Below the pieces are notes generated by a model, which saw only the letters and a program-made list of their open reading frames with translations, searched no databases and was not told the DNA's origin. From Nannocystis bainbridge (GTDB taxonomy: Bacteria; Myxococcota_A; Polyangia; Nannocystales; Nannocystaceae), in contig NZ_JAQNDL010000001.1 in NCBI RefSeq assembly GCF_028368995.1, positions 544,001 through 608,000 of the forward strand: 64,000 bases of DNA, given 5' to 3'. The first letter of the stretch is position 1, and each line of letters opens with the position of its first letter. Positions 1 to 9,989 of this stretch are shown here, piece by piece. Made by a program: the position numbers and the translations under genes.

Positions 1-425
1 TCCCCTCCATGGCGATTTCGCCCGAGGGGGTCACGTTGTGAGCGTCTCGCTCCGTACCACCGCCGATCGGCCCGACCACTCGCGCGCCAGCCCTCGCCAG
101 CGGGCACGCGAGCGGCGAGAGCGTGCCGGCGCCGTCGCGCTCCCCGAGATTGTGCGGAGGTTCCGCTCGTAGCATTCGTCGCGCCGCGGCCGATGCGGCC
201 GCATGGAACGAGCGCGCAGACGTTCACCGGCTCCGACGAGACCGCCGCCGCCGCCGCGAGCGCTCGAATTGGCTCGCGGGGCGCCGGGGGCGGCACGCGT
301 TCGCCCCGCCGGCGCTGGCCTCGGCGGCCGTTTCGACCGCTCGCCGGCGGCGGCGGCTCGGGCTCGCGCGCGTCCGAGCCTCACGCTCCCTCGTCCCCGC
401 GCGCCTGCTCGCCCATCTTCTTGCC

Positions 426-1496
426 ATGCGGATGCACGAGTTCATCAGTTCGCGGCGCGAGGAGCTCGTGTCGCGGACGCTGTTGGCGCTGAAGAAAGAC
501 TACCCCGATCGCACGGCGGACGAGCTCCTCGACGATCTCCCGCCATTCATCGACGCGGTCCTCCGCACCCTCCGTGGCGACTCCGAGACGTCCGGGGGCG
601 GCCCGTCTCTCGGGTTCGGCCGCCAGTTCGCCCCGGCGCACGGGCGGCAGCGAAAGGAGCAGGGCTTCGACCTCAACCGCATCGTCCACGACTACGGCGT
701 CCTGTGCGACGCGACCAATTCGCTCGCCGCCGAGACGGACGAGCAATTCAGCACCCGAGAGCATCTGCTGCTGAACCGCTGCATCGACGAGGCCACCGCG
801 CAGGCGATCGACGCCTTCGCCGCCGCCCAGCACGAGGACCAGTCGCAGGTCCTCGGAGCGATCGGCCACGAGATCAGGAACGCCGCGTGGAGCGCCTCCA
901 TGGCCTTCGACCTCATCTCGAGCGGCAAGGTCGGGGTCAACGGTCGTACGGGCGACGTGCTGCGTCGCTCGCTCGAGCGGATCGAGCAGCTCTCCCTGCA
1001 CGCCCTCGACGCCGCCCGCATGACGGCAGCCTCGACCGCCCAGCGCGAGTGGCTGGACGGCCGCGAGTTCTTGCAGCAGCTCGTCGACGCGACGGTGGGC
1101 GAGCGCGGCATCCAGGTCCACCTGGAAGTCGAGCCGGCGCTCGAGTTCGAGGTGGACCCGCGGCTGCTCACCTCGGCGATCAGCAACCTCCTGCAGAACG
1201 CGGTCAAGTTCACGCACGACGCCGGCACCGTGACGCTGCGCGCCAGCACCCGCGACGCGGCGGTCTGCATCGAGGTCGAAGATCGCTGCGGCGGGCTGTC
1301 CCGCGAAGCGCAGGAGCACATGTTCGATCCGACGCAGCGGAGGGCCCGCGGGCCGCGGAGCAGCGGCTTCGGCCTGGCGATCGCCCGCCAGGCCGTGGAG
1401 TCGCAGGGCGGCACCCTGAGCGTCGACGACGTGCCGAGCGTCGGCTGCGTGTTCCGCATCCTGTTCCCGCGCTCGACCCGGCTCGACCCGAACTGA
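426..1496 (+). CDS. Sensor histidine kinase (HisKA + HATPase_c, cytoplasmic N-terminal domain)
   Basis: H-box GHEIRN, N-box NLLQNAVKFT, VEDRCGG and G2 SGFGLAIARQAVESQGG. Start set at MRMHEF (426) because the upstream part of the ORF is low-complexity. Confidence 0.9.
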   Translation: MRMHEFISSRREELVSRTLLALKKDYPDRTADELLDDLPPFIDAVLRTLRGDSETSGGGPSLGFGRQFAPAHGRQRKEQGFDLNRIVHDYGVLCDATNSLAAETDEQFSTREHLLLNRCIDEATAQAIDAFAAAQHEDQSQVLGAIGHEIRNAAWSASMAFDLISSGKVGVNGRTGDVLRRSLERIEQLSLHALDAARMTAASTAQREWLDGREFLQQLVDATVGERGIQVHLEVEPALEFEVDPRLLTSAISNLLQNAVKFTHDAGTVTLRASTRDAAVCIEVEDRCGGLSREAQEHMFDPTQRRARGPRSSGFGLAIARQAVESQGGTLSVDDVPSVGCVFRILFPRSTRLDPN

Positions 1497-1596
1497 TTGC
1501 GATCGCGGCTCGCCCGGATCTCGGTCTCGCGGCCGAGGAGTTGGTCGCGCGGGCCGATGCAGCCGATCGCGCGCCGCGCCGGCCCGTGTCGACGCC

Positions 1597-4026
1597 TCAC
1601 CCTTTCACGGGATCCATGATTCCGGGGCAGCCTTGCTTGCAGCACATGCGCTCCTCGGTCATGGCCTTCATTTTCTCGATCGTACCCCGTGGGAACTTGA
1701 GGTCCGGCACACAGGACGCGCAGACCCATGTCCCGCAGGTTTTGCAGGCGTATGACTTCACGGGCGTGGGGGGTTTGACTCCGCTGCAAAGCGGGCACCC
1801 GACTGCAGCACCTGTGGCCTGGCGGGGCTTCTTCCCCGCATGGAGATCGCGGAGGGCCTGCTTTCCCTCGTCGCTCAGCAGATAGCAGTGGATCTCCGCG
1901 CAAACCAACAGCTCGTGCGCTCCGACCAGCTCCTGCAGCTTTCCGATGTCGTTGGCTGACTGGGGCACGACGCCCTCGATCTCCAGCTTGAACTCGCCGA
2001 TCAAGCGCTGGCGAACGGGAGCCGGCAGGGCGAGGACCGCCCTCGTCAGGGCCGCGTACTCCTCCGTCTGGCCGGTGCGGCTCAGGTCGGCGTGGGTGCG
2101 GAGATTGTCGGGCTCGGGACCGTCCACGCCTCCTCCGCTGGACCATGCCTCGGCGTAGCCCACCTTCTCCCGCATATACGCCAGGAACCCTTCGTTGTGG
2201 GCGAGGCCCCATTTCCCCGCGATCGCGGTCTTGGCAGGGTCTTCCAGGTTCAAATCGCCCTTCAAGAACGGAGCGAAGAAGAAGATGATCCCCGTCCCGA
2301 TCCGGGTGATCTGCGGGTTTGCATACCCGCCGCCCAGCGCGGGAGGGCCGGGAGTCAGGACGAGGCCGTGCTTCTCGTCGGCCAGCTCCTTCTCCAACAT
2401 GGACGCGAACATCGTGCTGCCGGACTTCAGCGCATCGAACACGCAGGTGTTGAGAATCGTGTCCCCGATGTCGCGCAGGATCACCCGACGCGCAGCGCCC
2501 TTGCCCGCCCTGTCGAAGGCGCTCAGGAAGTTCTGCGCGTTCGATGTCATGTGCTGGAGCCCGAAGTACGCCAACATCTCGGCCTTCGCGCGGCCGGCCG
2601 GGGTCGCGAAGTTCTGGGTCCAGAAATCCACCCAGTCGCACTTCGGCTCCCACGTCTCGGCGAAGGCCTTGCCGTGGCTGGGGATGGCCAGCGCCGGAAA
2701 CCACACCTCGCCCTCGCCGGCGCCCCCGATCTCGCGGATCTGGATGCCGTCCCACTCTGCGCCGTCGCGGAGCAAGATGCTGAGGATCTCGATCTGGTAC
2801 CCGGCTTCGAACGTCTGGGCCCCGAACTTTTTCTGCACCCCCGCGATGATGTTCGAGCGAGACATCGCATGGATGGAGTTCGCTTCGAGCTTGTCTTTGC
2901 CGTTGACTCGCTGACTCTGGGTGGCCACGTAGTCCACCCCCGTCTTGACCGAGTAATACTTCGCGGCTGCGTTCGCGTCGTCCGCCTGATGCTGCATCAG
3001 CGTCTTGGCCGTGACGTCCCCCTCTACTTGCGGGAGCTTCTGATTGTCAGCCTCGTCGGGGCGCAGCTTCCATGTGTTGTCCTGGTCGGGCGACAGGTCG
3101 ACCTTCGCAGGGGGGAAAGCAGTGATCGTGCTGCGCGAGGCCGTCGCCCACCTGGGCAGGGTCGCGGCCAGCCGCTTCGCATCGAACTTCTCGAACGCGC
3201 CGAGGTTCTTGCCGATCGCGCCTGATTTCGGCGAGTTATCGTCATAGTTGAACGGCATGACGATGAACGGCGGCTCCACGTCGACGGTGTTCTTGGTCCT
3301 GTCGGACGTCAGCGCGCGGCTGAGGATCACCGTCTTGGGCTTGGCGACGAAGGCGAACTTGTCCGGTTCGTTCGGGCGGCCCCCCTCCACCGAGTAGCAC
3401 GGCAAGAACGTCTTCAGCAACGCCTTGTGCTGATCGTAGTCCAGCTGTTCCAGGACGGCGATCTTGACGGCTCCCCCCCCCGACGTGCCATCGTCGTGCT
3501 CCGGCTGCCAGGACGTCTGACCGTCCTTGCGCAGAAGATCGTAGTTCAGCCGATACAGCCCGAGCTTCCGCTCCTTGCCGCCGCGTTGGTACTTCGGATC
3601 CGAATTCCCCTCGGTCTCCCAGATCAACCAGTCCCGGTCCGTTTCATCGTTCTGTTGGATGTCGAAGATCGACACCATCTTCTTCGGGCTGGCTTCCGAC
3701 GATGCGTTGTTCGACTGCCCCTGAGCATGCGGGGCGAGCCTCACCTCCACAGTGGGGGTGACGACGTACGAGGGGTCGTCCTCGCTGTCCCTGGGTACGA
3801 CGAAACGGCCGCGAAATTGCGCGCCCGGACTCGGCGGATGATCCAACAAGAGCGTGTCGCCGCCCTTCGCCTGGACCTCCTCGAATTCGAAGGCACCTTC
3901 GGCGTTCACCGTCCCCGTCCCCGTCGCGCCCTTGACAGCCATTCCCTGGCGTTGGAGGGTCCAGCTCACCTCGTCCTTCTCGACCGTCGGCTCGTCTCTC
4001 TTCTTCAGGGTGAGCTTGAACTTCAT
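1597..4026 (-). CDS. 809-aa hypothetical protein with an IucA/IucC (NIS synthetase)-like core and a C-terminal Cys-rich Zn-finger-like domain
   Basis: Protein-like composition. Motifs TASRST, YSVKT, IRE, FPALAI and FGLQHMTSNAQNFL...VILRDIGD occur in NIS order. C-terminus CPLC..CKTC..CASC..CCKQGC. Directly follows the LysM gene. Confidence 0.7.
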   Translation of the reverse strand: MKFKLTLKKRDEPTVEKDEVSWTLQRQGMAVKGATGTGTVNAEGAFEFEEVQAKGGDTLLLDHPPSPGAQFRGRFVVPRDSEDDPSYVVTPTVEVRLAPHAQGQSNNASSEASPKKMVSIFDIQQNDETDRDWLIWETEGNSDPKYQRGGKERKLGLYRLNYDLLRKDGQTSWQPEHDDGTSGGGAVKIAVLEQLDYDQHKALLKTFLPCYSVEGGRPNEPDKFAFVAKPKTVILSRALTSDRTKNTVDVEPPFIVMPFNYDDNSPKSGAIGKNLGAFEKFDAKRLAATLPRWATASRSTITAFPPAKVDLSPDQDNTWKLRPDEADNQKLPQVEGDVTAKTLMQHQADDANAAAKYYSVKTGVDYVATQSQRVNGKDKLEANSIHAMSRSNIIAGVQKKFGAQTFEAGYQIEILSILLRDGAEWDGIQIREIGGAGEGEVWFPALAIPSHGKAFAETWEPKCDWVDFWTQNFATPAGRAKAEMLAYFGLQHMTSNAQNFLSAFDRAGKGAARRVILRDIGDTILNTCVFDALKSGSTMFASMLEKELADEKHGLVLTPGPPALGGGYANPQITRIGTGIIFFFAPFLKGDLNLEDPAKTAIAGKWGLAHNEGFLAYMREKVGYAEAWSSGGGVDGPEPDNLRTHADLSRTGQTEEYAALTRAVLALPAPVRQRLIGEFKLEIEGVVPQSANDIGKLQELVGAHELLVCAEIHCYLLSDEGKQALRDLHAGKKPRQATGAAVGCPLCSGVKPPTPVKSYACKTCGTWVCASCVPDLKFPRGTIEKMKAMTEERMCCKQGCPGIMDPVKG

Positions 4027-4032
4027 GGCTTC

Positions 4033-4668
4033 CTATCTCCCGTAGACTTCCCGGAGCTTTAGACGGTTCGCGTCGTTGCATTCGCCAGTCGGCGGCATCC
4101 CCTGCTCTGCTTCGAACCGCGAGATCGCGGCTCGGAAGGCTTCGCTGACGGTCTCGTCCAGATCGCCGACCTCGTACCCGAGGTTCTGCAGGCGCTGCTT
4201 GAACCCCGTCACCTCGTCGATCGGATTCAGCCGCCCCAGCTCCAGCCGAAATTCCCGCCGCCTTTCCCCCTCGTCGACGCGAAGGGTGCCGAGCCCTGCG
4301 TTCGGCGGGATGGCGATGCTGATGCCGCCCTCGCCGTCGGTTTGGCCCGAGAGCGTGACCCCGTCGACCTCGAGCTCGAACTTCTTGTTCCGCAGCGGTT
4401 CGCCGTAACAGTTGACGACGATGTTCAGCCGCGCCGGCACGCCCCTGTAGCGGAACACATGGTTCGCGTCGGTCGGCTTGATCACGGTCTTGATCCGCTT
4501 GTCCGGAACGAACACGATGTCGCCGGGCATGAGGACGTTGATATCCTTGCGCCTGGCCCTCAGGTCGTCATTCTCCGGGTGGTTCCAGATCGTCTCCGGA
4601 AAGAAGCCGTGCTGAAATGCGATGCTGGAGATGCAATCTCCGGGTTCGACGCGATGACGGGTTGCCAC
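4033..4668 (-). CDS. LysM + peptidoglycan-binding domain protein
   Basis: N-terminal HRVEPGDCISSIA...IWNHPEN...LMPGDIVFVP (LysM). C-terminal QRLQNLGY...AAISRFEAEQGMPPTG (PG_binding_1). Confidence 0.85.
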   Translation of the reverse strand: MATRHRVEPGDCISSIAFQHGFFPETIWNHPENDDLRARRKDINVLMPGDIVFVPDKRIKTVIKPTDANHVFRYRGVPARLNIVVNCYGEPLRNKKFELEVDGVTLSGQTDGEGGISIAIPPNAGLGTLRVDEGERRREFRLELGRLNPIDEVTGFKQRLQNLGYEVGDLDETVSEAFRAAISRFEAEQGMPPTGECNDANRLKLREVYGR

Positions 4669-5161
4669 GGTGCTCCTTTCAATCCCGGAAACGGCCCGCT
4701 ATCCCTGGTCGATGCCGCCCCCAGCCTCCGCGTCCCGGGGTGACGAAAGTGTCCGGAGCGCGAGGCCGACGCTATCACAGCCAGGGACCTCGTCGATCGT
4801 CGCTTCGGACCCTCGCGGAGCGCTCGAAGATGCTCGCACGAGGATGGGGCCGAACCGCGCCTCGAGAGTGTTACCGCCCCTCGCGCCGGTGGTGAACCTC
4901 GGGCAAGCTCGGCAGGCTTGCGACGAGGCGCCTGCCGCGATCCTCGCCGTGGTCGTCGACCCACCGGGTCCTACGGACAGCTTCGATCAGCCCCACCCAC
5001 CACATCGACTTCCGGATCGCCCGCGTTCCGGCGGCCCGCGCACGGCCTCGCGCCTTCGTCCGCGAGCGATCGGCCGCGAGCGTGCGCGGGCGATTGCGTC
5101 GGCGAGGCAATCGCCAGGCGGCCTCGCCTCCTCCGGCGCGGCCGCCTGGCCCGAAGGACCC

Positions 5162-5602
5162 CTACGCGGCGCGGCCGACGTTGCCGGCGCGGGACCCCGT
5201 GGCGGTCGCCTCGGTGCGAACCTGCCGGTCGCGGGCGTCGGCCTTGTCGACCTCGGCGCTCTTGTAGTCGGTCGTGGCCCACAGGCCGAATAGGACGATC
5301 CCGGTGCCGACGAAGAAGTCGCGCTCCGGGCTGGCGTTCTGGAAGCCGGCGAGCCACGGCAGGGCCACCAGCGCCAGCGCGGCGACCATCTCGATGCCGC
5401 CGTGGACCGGGAACGGGACCAGGCGCAGCACGCCCAGCGGATAGCGGGTCAGCAGCGACAGCGAGAGCAGCGCCCCGCCGACCACGTAGGCGCTGAGCAT
5501 GGCGGCGTCGTCGTGGAAATCGAGCAAGCTCGGGGCGAGCAGGAACAGCGCCGCGAACAGGTAGTCGAGGACGCCATGGACACGCGGTGACACGAATCTC
5601 AT
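5162..5602 (-). CDS. SPW-repeat-like small membrane protein
   Basis: MRFVSPRVHGVLDY...LTRYPLG...VPFPVHGGIE; four hydrophobic segments. Confidence 0.8.
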   Translation of the reverse strand: MRFVSPRVHGVLDYLFAALFLLAPSLLDFHDDAAMLSAYVVGGALLSLSLLTRYPLGVLRLVPFPVHGGIEMVAALALVALPWLAGFQNASPERDFFVGTGIVLFGLWATTDYKSAEVDKADARDRQVRTEATATGSRAGNVGRAA

Positions 5603-5921
5603 CGGTATTCTCCCGGGTCTGGCCGGGACCGGCGATCGGCCCGCGGCTGGTTTCCGCCTATGCATAGAGACGACCGCCGCTCGGGCAAGCCGGGGCGCGC
5701 CGCGGCGGCCCGTGACGCGGTCGGTCGCGGGCAGGCTCGACGGGCCGGCTGCGCCGCCGACCGCCGCGACGATGGTTTGCGGATACGTCGGGGCCGGTGA
5801 TGAATGACGTCAGCGAGCGCGGCGGTCTCCCGACCGGCGCGGGGCCGCGGACCTCGCCGGCGGCAGCGACAAGGGATTTGACCAGCCTGCGCGCCCGGAA
5901 ACTCGCGCTAGCCTTGGCCTC

Positions 5922-6356
5922 GTGGCGAATGCAAAGACCCCGCGGGTATGCCCGCCCGAGCTGCACGGCGCGCTCGACACTGGCCTCGTCGTCGCCCTGG
6001 CGCTGGCTCCGGCGGCCTTCCCGCCCGGGACCCCGCGCGTGGCCACGACCGCCTGTTACCTGCTCATGCTCGGGCTGTGGCTGCTGTCCCAGCTCACCTG
6101 TTATCCGTTCGGCTCCGCCTGCGTCATCCGCTACAGCGTGCACGGGATCCTCGAGGTCGCGCTGGCGCCGATCCTCATCGCCCTGCCCTGGCTGCTCGGC
6201 TTCGCCGACTCGCCCGTGGCGCTCGCCGTATTCGTGGCGGCGGGCGTCGCCACTTTGCTGCTGGGGCTGTCGGCGTGGGGTCGCCGCGACGAGCGCGAGG
6301 CTCCGCACCAGCCGCCGATCGATCGCGGGGCGCGGCCGCCACATCAGGGTGTTTGA
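5922..6356 (+). CDS. SPW-repeat-like membrane protein (diverged paralog of 5162-5602)
   Basis: Shares LHGALD, LTCYPFG, VHGILEVA and IALPWLLGF with the neighbouring gene. Confidence 0.7.
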   Translation: MANAKTPRVCPPELHGALDTGLVVALALAPAAFPPGTPRVATTACYLLMLGLWLLSQLTCYPFGSACVIRYSVHGILEVALAPILIALPWLLGFADSPVALAVFVAAGVATLLLGLSAWGRRDEREAPHQPPIDRGARPPHQGV

Positions 6357-6513
6357 AGACCTTGCGCCAATGGAGGGGCGTTCGCGCCGCCACCGTCCCG
6401 CGATCGGTACATGCGTCGTCAAGGCCCCCTGGGTCGCCAAATTTGGTTTTCGTGTTGCTCCGATCCGCGACGCGCCTCAGAGAGGCGATTGCATCCACTG
6501 TCCAGGAGCTGGA

Positions 6514-7722
6514 ATGAGCCTCGATATCTTCAAAGAGCGCGGTACGCCGCTCGATCGGCAATCCTTCACATGGAAGGACATGGTCGGCGAGCCCTACAGC
6601 AAGCTCGACGACGACGCCTTCACGCGCGTGCGTCAGATCTTGATGCACGGCGTGGAGCAGGAGTCCTGCCGCTTCAAGCACTTCGCGGCCCGCTTCAACC
6701 CCGAGCTGCGCCTGCCGCTCGCGCGCATCCGGCGGGTCGAGCACCACCAGGCGACGATGGTCAACTGGCTGATGCCGGGCGACCAGTCGACGCTCGAGAC
6801 GACGATCGGCTTCGAGCAGGTGGCGATCGAGGTCACCGCCCACGTCGCCGCGGTCGAGCCCGATCCCTACATGGCCCAGATCTACCGCTTCGGCCTGCTC
6901 GAGGACTTCGATCACCTTTACCGCTACGCCGCCCTGATGGACCGCCTGTGCGGCAAGGACGCCAACAACATCCTTCAGAGCTACACCGACGTGATGCCCG
7001 GGCGGCCGACCTCGGTCGAGCACCGCGCGCCCGAGGACGACCTGCGCCTTCACTACCAGAAGACCCGGGCCGCGCCGCTGACGAAGATCCACGCGGCGCT
7101 GATCACCGGCTCGGAGTGGCAGACGCGGGACTACTACCTGACCGTCGGCCCGACCTTCGCCGACCCGATCGCCCGCCAGCTCTACGCCGAGATCGCCTCG
7201 ATCGAGGAGCAGCACGTCACCCAGTACGAGGCGCTCAGCGATCCGAGCGAGACCTGGCTCGAGAAGTGGCTCGTGCAGGAGGCGACCGAGGTCTACGCCT
7301 ACTGGAGCTGCTATTCGCAGGAGCAGAACCCGCGGATCAAGCTGATCTGGGAGCGCTTCCTCAGCTACGAGCTCGAGCACCTGCGGCTGGTCCGCGAGCT
7401 GATGCAGAAGCTCGAGAACCGCGATCCGGCGGAGCTGCTGCCGGCCGAGTTCCCGGACCCGCTGAGCTTCACCAGCCACCGCAAGTTCGTGCGCGAGACG
7501 CTGGCGGCCGAGGTCGACCTGCGGGCGCGCGGCTACGACATCGTCCCGATGGACCAGGACAGCCCGGCGTCGATCGCCTACCGGGCCCAGCTCAACGCGG
7601 GCGGCTCGCCGTCCGAGGCCGTGGCCGCCGGCTATCACTGGCGCCCCGGGACCGAGCTCACCGACCGGCGTGTGCGCGACGCAGCGTTCGCGCCGCTGAG
7701 CGGACAGGAGGCTGCACAATGA
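6514..7722 (+). CDS. Ferritin-like (di-metal) domain protein
   Basis: AGGAG RBS before the ATG; repeated ExxH motifs (VEHHQ, EDFDH, EEQH, ELEH). Confidence 0.8.
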   Translation: MSLDIFKERGTPLDRQSFTWKDMVGEPYSKLDDDAFTRVRQILMHGVEQESCRFKHFAARFNPELRLPLARIRRVEHHQATMVNWLMPGDQSTLETTIGFEQVAIEVTAHVAAVEPDPYMAQIYRFGLLEDFDHLYRYAALMDRLCGKDANNILQSYTDVMPGRPTSVEHRAPEDDLRLHYQKTRAAPLTKIHAALITGSEWQTRDYYLTVGPTFADPIARQLYAEIASIEEQHVTQYEALSDPSETWLEKWLVQEATEVYAYWSCYSQEQNPRIKLIWERFLSYELEHLRLVRELMQKLENRDPAELLPAEFPDPLSFTSHRKFVRETLAAEVDLRARGYDIVPMDQDSPASIAYRAQLNAGGSPSEAVAAGYHWRPGTELTDRRVRDAAFAPLSGQEAAQ

Positions 7723-8480
7723 ACAAGAACGACCGCCCCACCGACATCGGCATCAATCGCACCGGCATCGCCCTGTCGCCCCTGGACGGGCCGCTGACCG
7801 CGGAGGGCGCCAGCGCGGCCCCGCCGAGCTCGGCCGGCTCGTGGCAGGACGCGGCCATGGTCCGCCTCCGCTACGCCGCCGAGGCCAGCGAGTTCGGCCA
7901 CATGCCGCCGCCGGCGACCCTGCGCGGCCTGGCCAAGACCGCCAAGGAGCTGCTCAAGGGCCACAAGGCCAACGTGCTGCTCGACAAGCTCGGCGAGCGG
8001 CTGGCGTTCGAGCGCACCGGCGTGCGCCTCTACGACGGCCTGATCGTCAAGTTCGAGGCCAACGGCTCGTGGGAGGGCGGCCCGACGCTCGAGGAGCTGG
8101 TCGCCTTCCGCAGCGACGAGGCCCGCCACTTCGAGCTGATGGTCCAGGCCCTGGTCAAGCTCGGCGCCGACCCGACTGCGATGACCCCCTCGGCCGACAT
8201 CACGGCGGTCGAGAGCCTCGGCGTCCTGCAGGTCATCTCCGATCCCCGCACCGGCCTCGCCCACGCCCTGCACGCGCAGCAGATCGCCGAGCTGGCCGAC
8301 GTCGCCGGCTGGGACCTGCTCGCGTCGCTCTCCGAGACCCTCGGTCACACCGAGCTGGCCGCCGAGTGCCGGCGGGCGCTCGCGCAGGAGAACCTGCACG
8401 CCGCCGCGGTCGCGCGCTGGCTCAAGGCCCACGCGGAGGTCGCGGCCCGCGGCGAGCTCGAGCAGGCCGTCGCCAGCTGA
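7719..8480 (+). CDS. Ferritin-like domain protein
   Basis: ATGA overlap with the upstream gene; LDKLGERLAFERTGVRLYD, DEARH, AELAD, QENLH. Confidence 0.85.
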   Translation: MNKNDRPTDIGINRTGIALSPLDGPLTAEGASAAPPSSAGSWQDAAMVRLRYAAEASEFGHMPPPATLRGLAKTAKELLKGHKANVLLDKLGERLAFERTGVRLYDGLIVKFEANGSWEGGPTLEELVAFRSDEARHFELMVQALVKLGADPTAMTPSADITAVESLGVLQVISDPRTGLAHALHAQQIAELADVAGWDLLASLSETLGHTELAAECRRALAQENLHAAAVARWLKAHAEVAARGELEQAVAS

Positions 8481-8498
8481 TCCTCGCAACGTCGCCAC

Positions 8499-8535
8499 GA
8501 AGGCCGCCCTGCCCGCTCGGGCCCGGGCGGCCTTC
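8499..8535. terminator. GC-rich hairpin between convergent genes
   Basis: Perfect 11-bp stem GAAGGCCGCCC / GGGCGGCCTTC; no U-tract. Confidence 0.45.
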
Positions 8536-8583
8536 GTGTCTCATCGTCGCGCCGATGTCGTCGGCAATGCCAGCACCCCGCGC

Positions 8584-9417
8584 TCACGCCCTGCGCGTCG
8601 GCGCGATCGGCAGCACCCGCGGCGCGTCGACCTCGCGGTCGGGGATCGTCGTCGGCAGCTCGAGGTGATAGACGCCGCTCGGCATCAGCCCGCAGCCGCC
8701 GAAGCGGGCCATGACGCGCAGCTGGGCCAGCACGTCCTCCCCGCAGTGCTCGCGCGGCAGCTCGGTCCAGAACCCGAACCCGCCGACGGCGCGCAGCTTG
8801 GCCGCGTCGTAGAGCACGCAGCCGCCGACCCACGCGACCTTGTAACAGCGCGTGCGCTCGGGGGTCAGCGCCAGCGCGCGTTGCACGTGCCAGAGGTTGG
8901 CGGCGTTGTGAAGCTCGTGGCGCGACCACGCGGGGCCGCCGCACTCGACGAGCTCGGGCTCGACCGGCCCGTCCCACAGCTCGAAGCGCTGCTGGTGCGG
9001 GCGCAGGCAATCGATCCGGCTCAGGCCGATCACGGCGCTGCCGACGAAGCCGCAGCGCTCGCGCGCCAGGGCGGCGGTCATCTGTGCGACCACCCACGGC
9101 TCGAGCAGCAGGTCGTCGTCGAGGTAGAGCACCTGGTCCGCGCGGGCCTGGTCGAGCAAGAATTGCCGCTGCTCGGCGACGCCGCGCCGCGGCAAGTGAC
9201 GGTGCAGCTCCACCGCGTGGCCGTGCGCCCGCAGCACCCGCATCACCGCGCGCACCTCGCCGTGCGCCTCCACCGGCACGTCCCCCTGATCCGACACGAC
9301 GATCCGGAACGGGGCGCCGCCCGGCGCGATCAGGGTCTGCGCGCTCAAACTGGTCAAGGTGACGGCCAACGCGGCCGGACGACCGCACGTGGGGAGCAGC
9401 ACATCGAGGTGGTTCAT
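8584..9417 (-). CDS. Glycosyltransferase family 2
   Basis: DVLLPTCGRP, VVSDQ, LYLDDD, GEDV motifs. Confidence 0.85.
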   Translation of the reverse strand: MNHLDVLLPTCGRPAALAVTLTSLSAQTLIAPGGAPFRIVVSDQGDVPVEAHGEVRAVMRVLRAHGHAVELHRHLPRRGVAEQRQFLLDQARADQVLYLDDDLLLEPWVVAQMTAALARERCGFVGSAVIGLSRIDCLRPHQQRFELWDGPVEPELVECGGPAWSRHELHNAANLWHVQRALALTPERTRCYKVAWVGGCVLYDAAKLRAVGGFGFWTELPREHCGEDVLAQLRVMARFGGCGLMPSGVYHLELPTTIPDREVDAPRVLPIAPTRRA

Positions 9418-9692
9418 GACGAATGGGGGCAGCGCGGCGGCGCGAAGGCTTGCACACGTCGCCTCGACGACAAGCAAGGGCGACCGCCGCGGCGCCGTGA
9501 TTCGTGCATCGGCAATGCGCACACCCTCGCCGCCCAGGGCCGCTCCCGGGCCGTGCGCGGCGGACGAACGACACCTTCCATTTCATTGCCACGATCCACG
9601 CGGTGACCCTGGCCACGCCATCGTAGGAGCGCCGGAGCGCCGGCTTGACCGCAAAAACGCCGGTGCTATCCGTTTAGCCCGCGAGACGCATC

Positions 9693-9950
9693 ATGACCAA
9701 GACCCTGGCCTCCCCGATCGACCTGGCTCGTCACCTCCGCGGCATCGACTTCCCGGTCCAAAAAGAGGACCTGATCCAGCACGCCCGCGACAACAACGCC
9801 GACGAAGCCGTGCTGCGCGAGATGGAGGCGATGCCCGAGCAGGAGTTCCGCAGCATGAAGGACGTCACCCGGGCGATGGGCCACGCGGAGGACGAGCAAG
9901 ACGAGGAGCAGCCCGGCGTCCGCCAGGACAGGACCCGCAGCGGGCGCTGA
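9693..9950 (+). CDS. DUF2795 domain small protein
   Basis: LRGIDFPVQKEDLIQHARDNNA...MPEQEFRSMKDV. Confidence 0.85.
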   Translation: MTKTLASPIDLARHLRGIDFPVQKEDLIQHARDNNADEAVLREMEAMPEQEFRSMKDVTRAMGHAEDEQDEEQPGVRQDRTRSGR

Positions 9951-9989
9951 CCGCCCGCGCCGACGCGCGCGCCGAACCATCGGAGGACC

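Noticed and set aside
4670-5160. Short ORFs between the LysM and SPW genes, and those in 13320-14330 and 15500-15830
   Set aside because: No convincing motifs, RBS or protein-like composition.
9645-9672. sigma70 promoter TTGACC-N16-TATCCG upstream of DUF2795
   Set aside because: The -10 lacks the conserved final T and the spacing is short; too weak to call.
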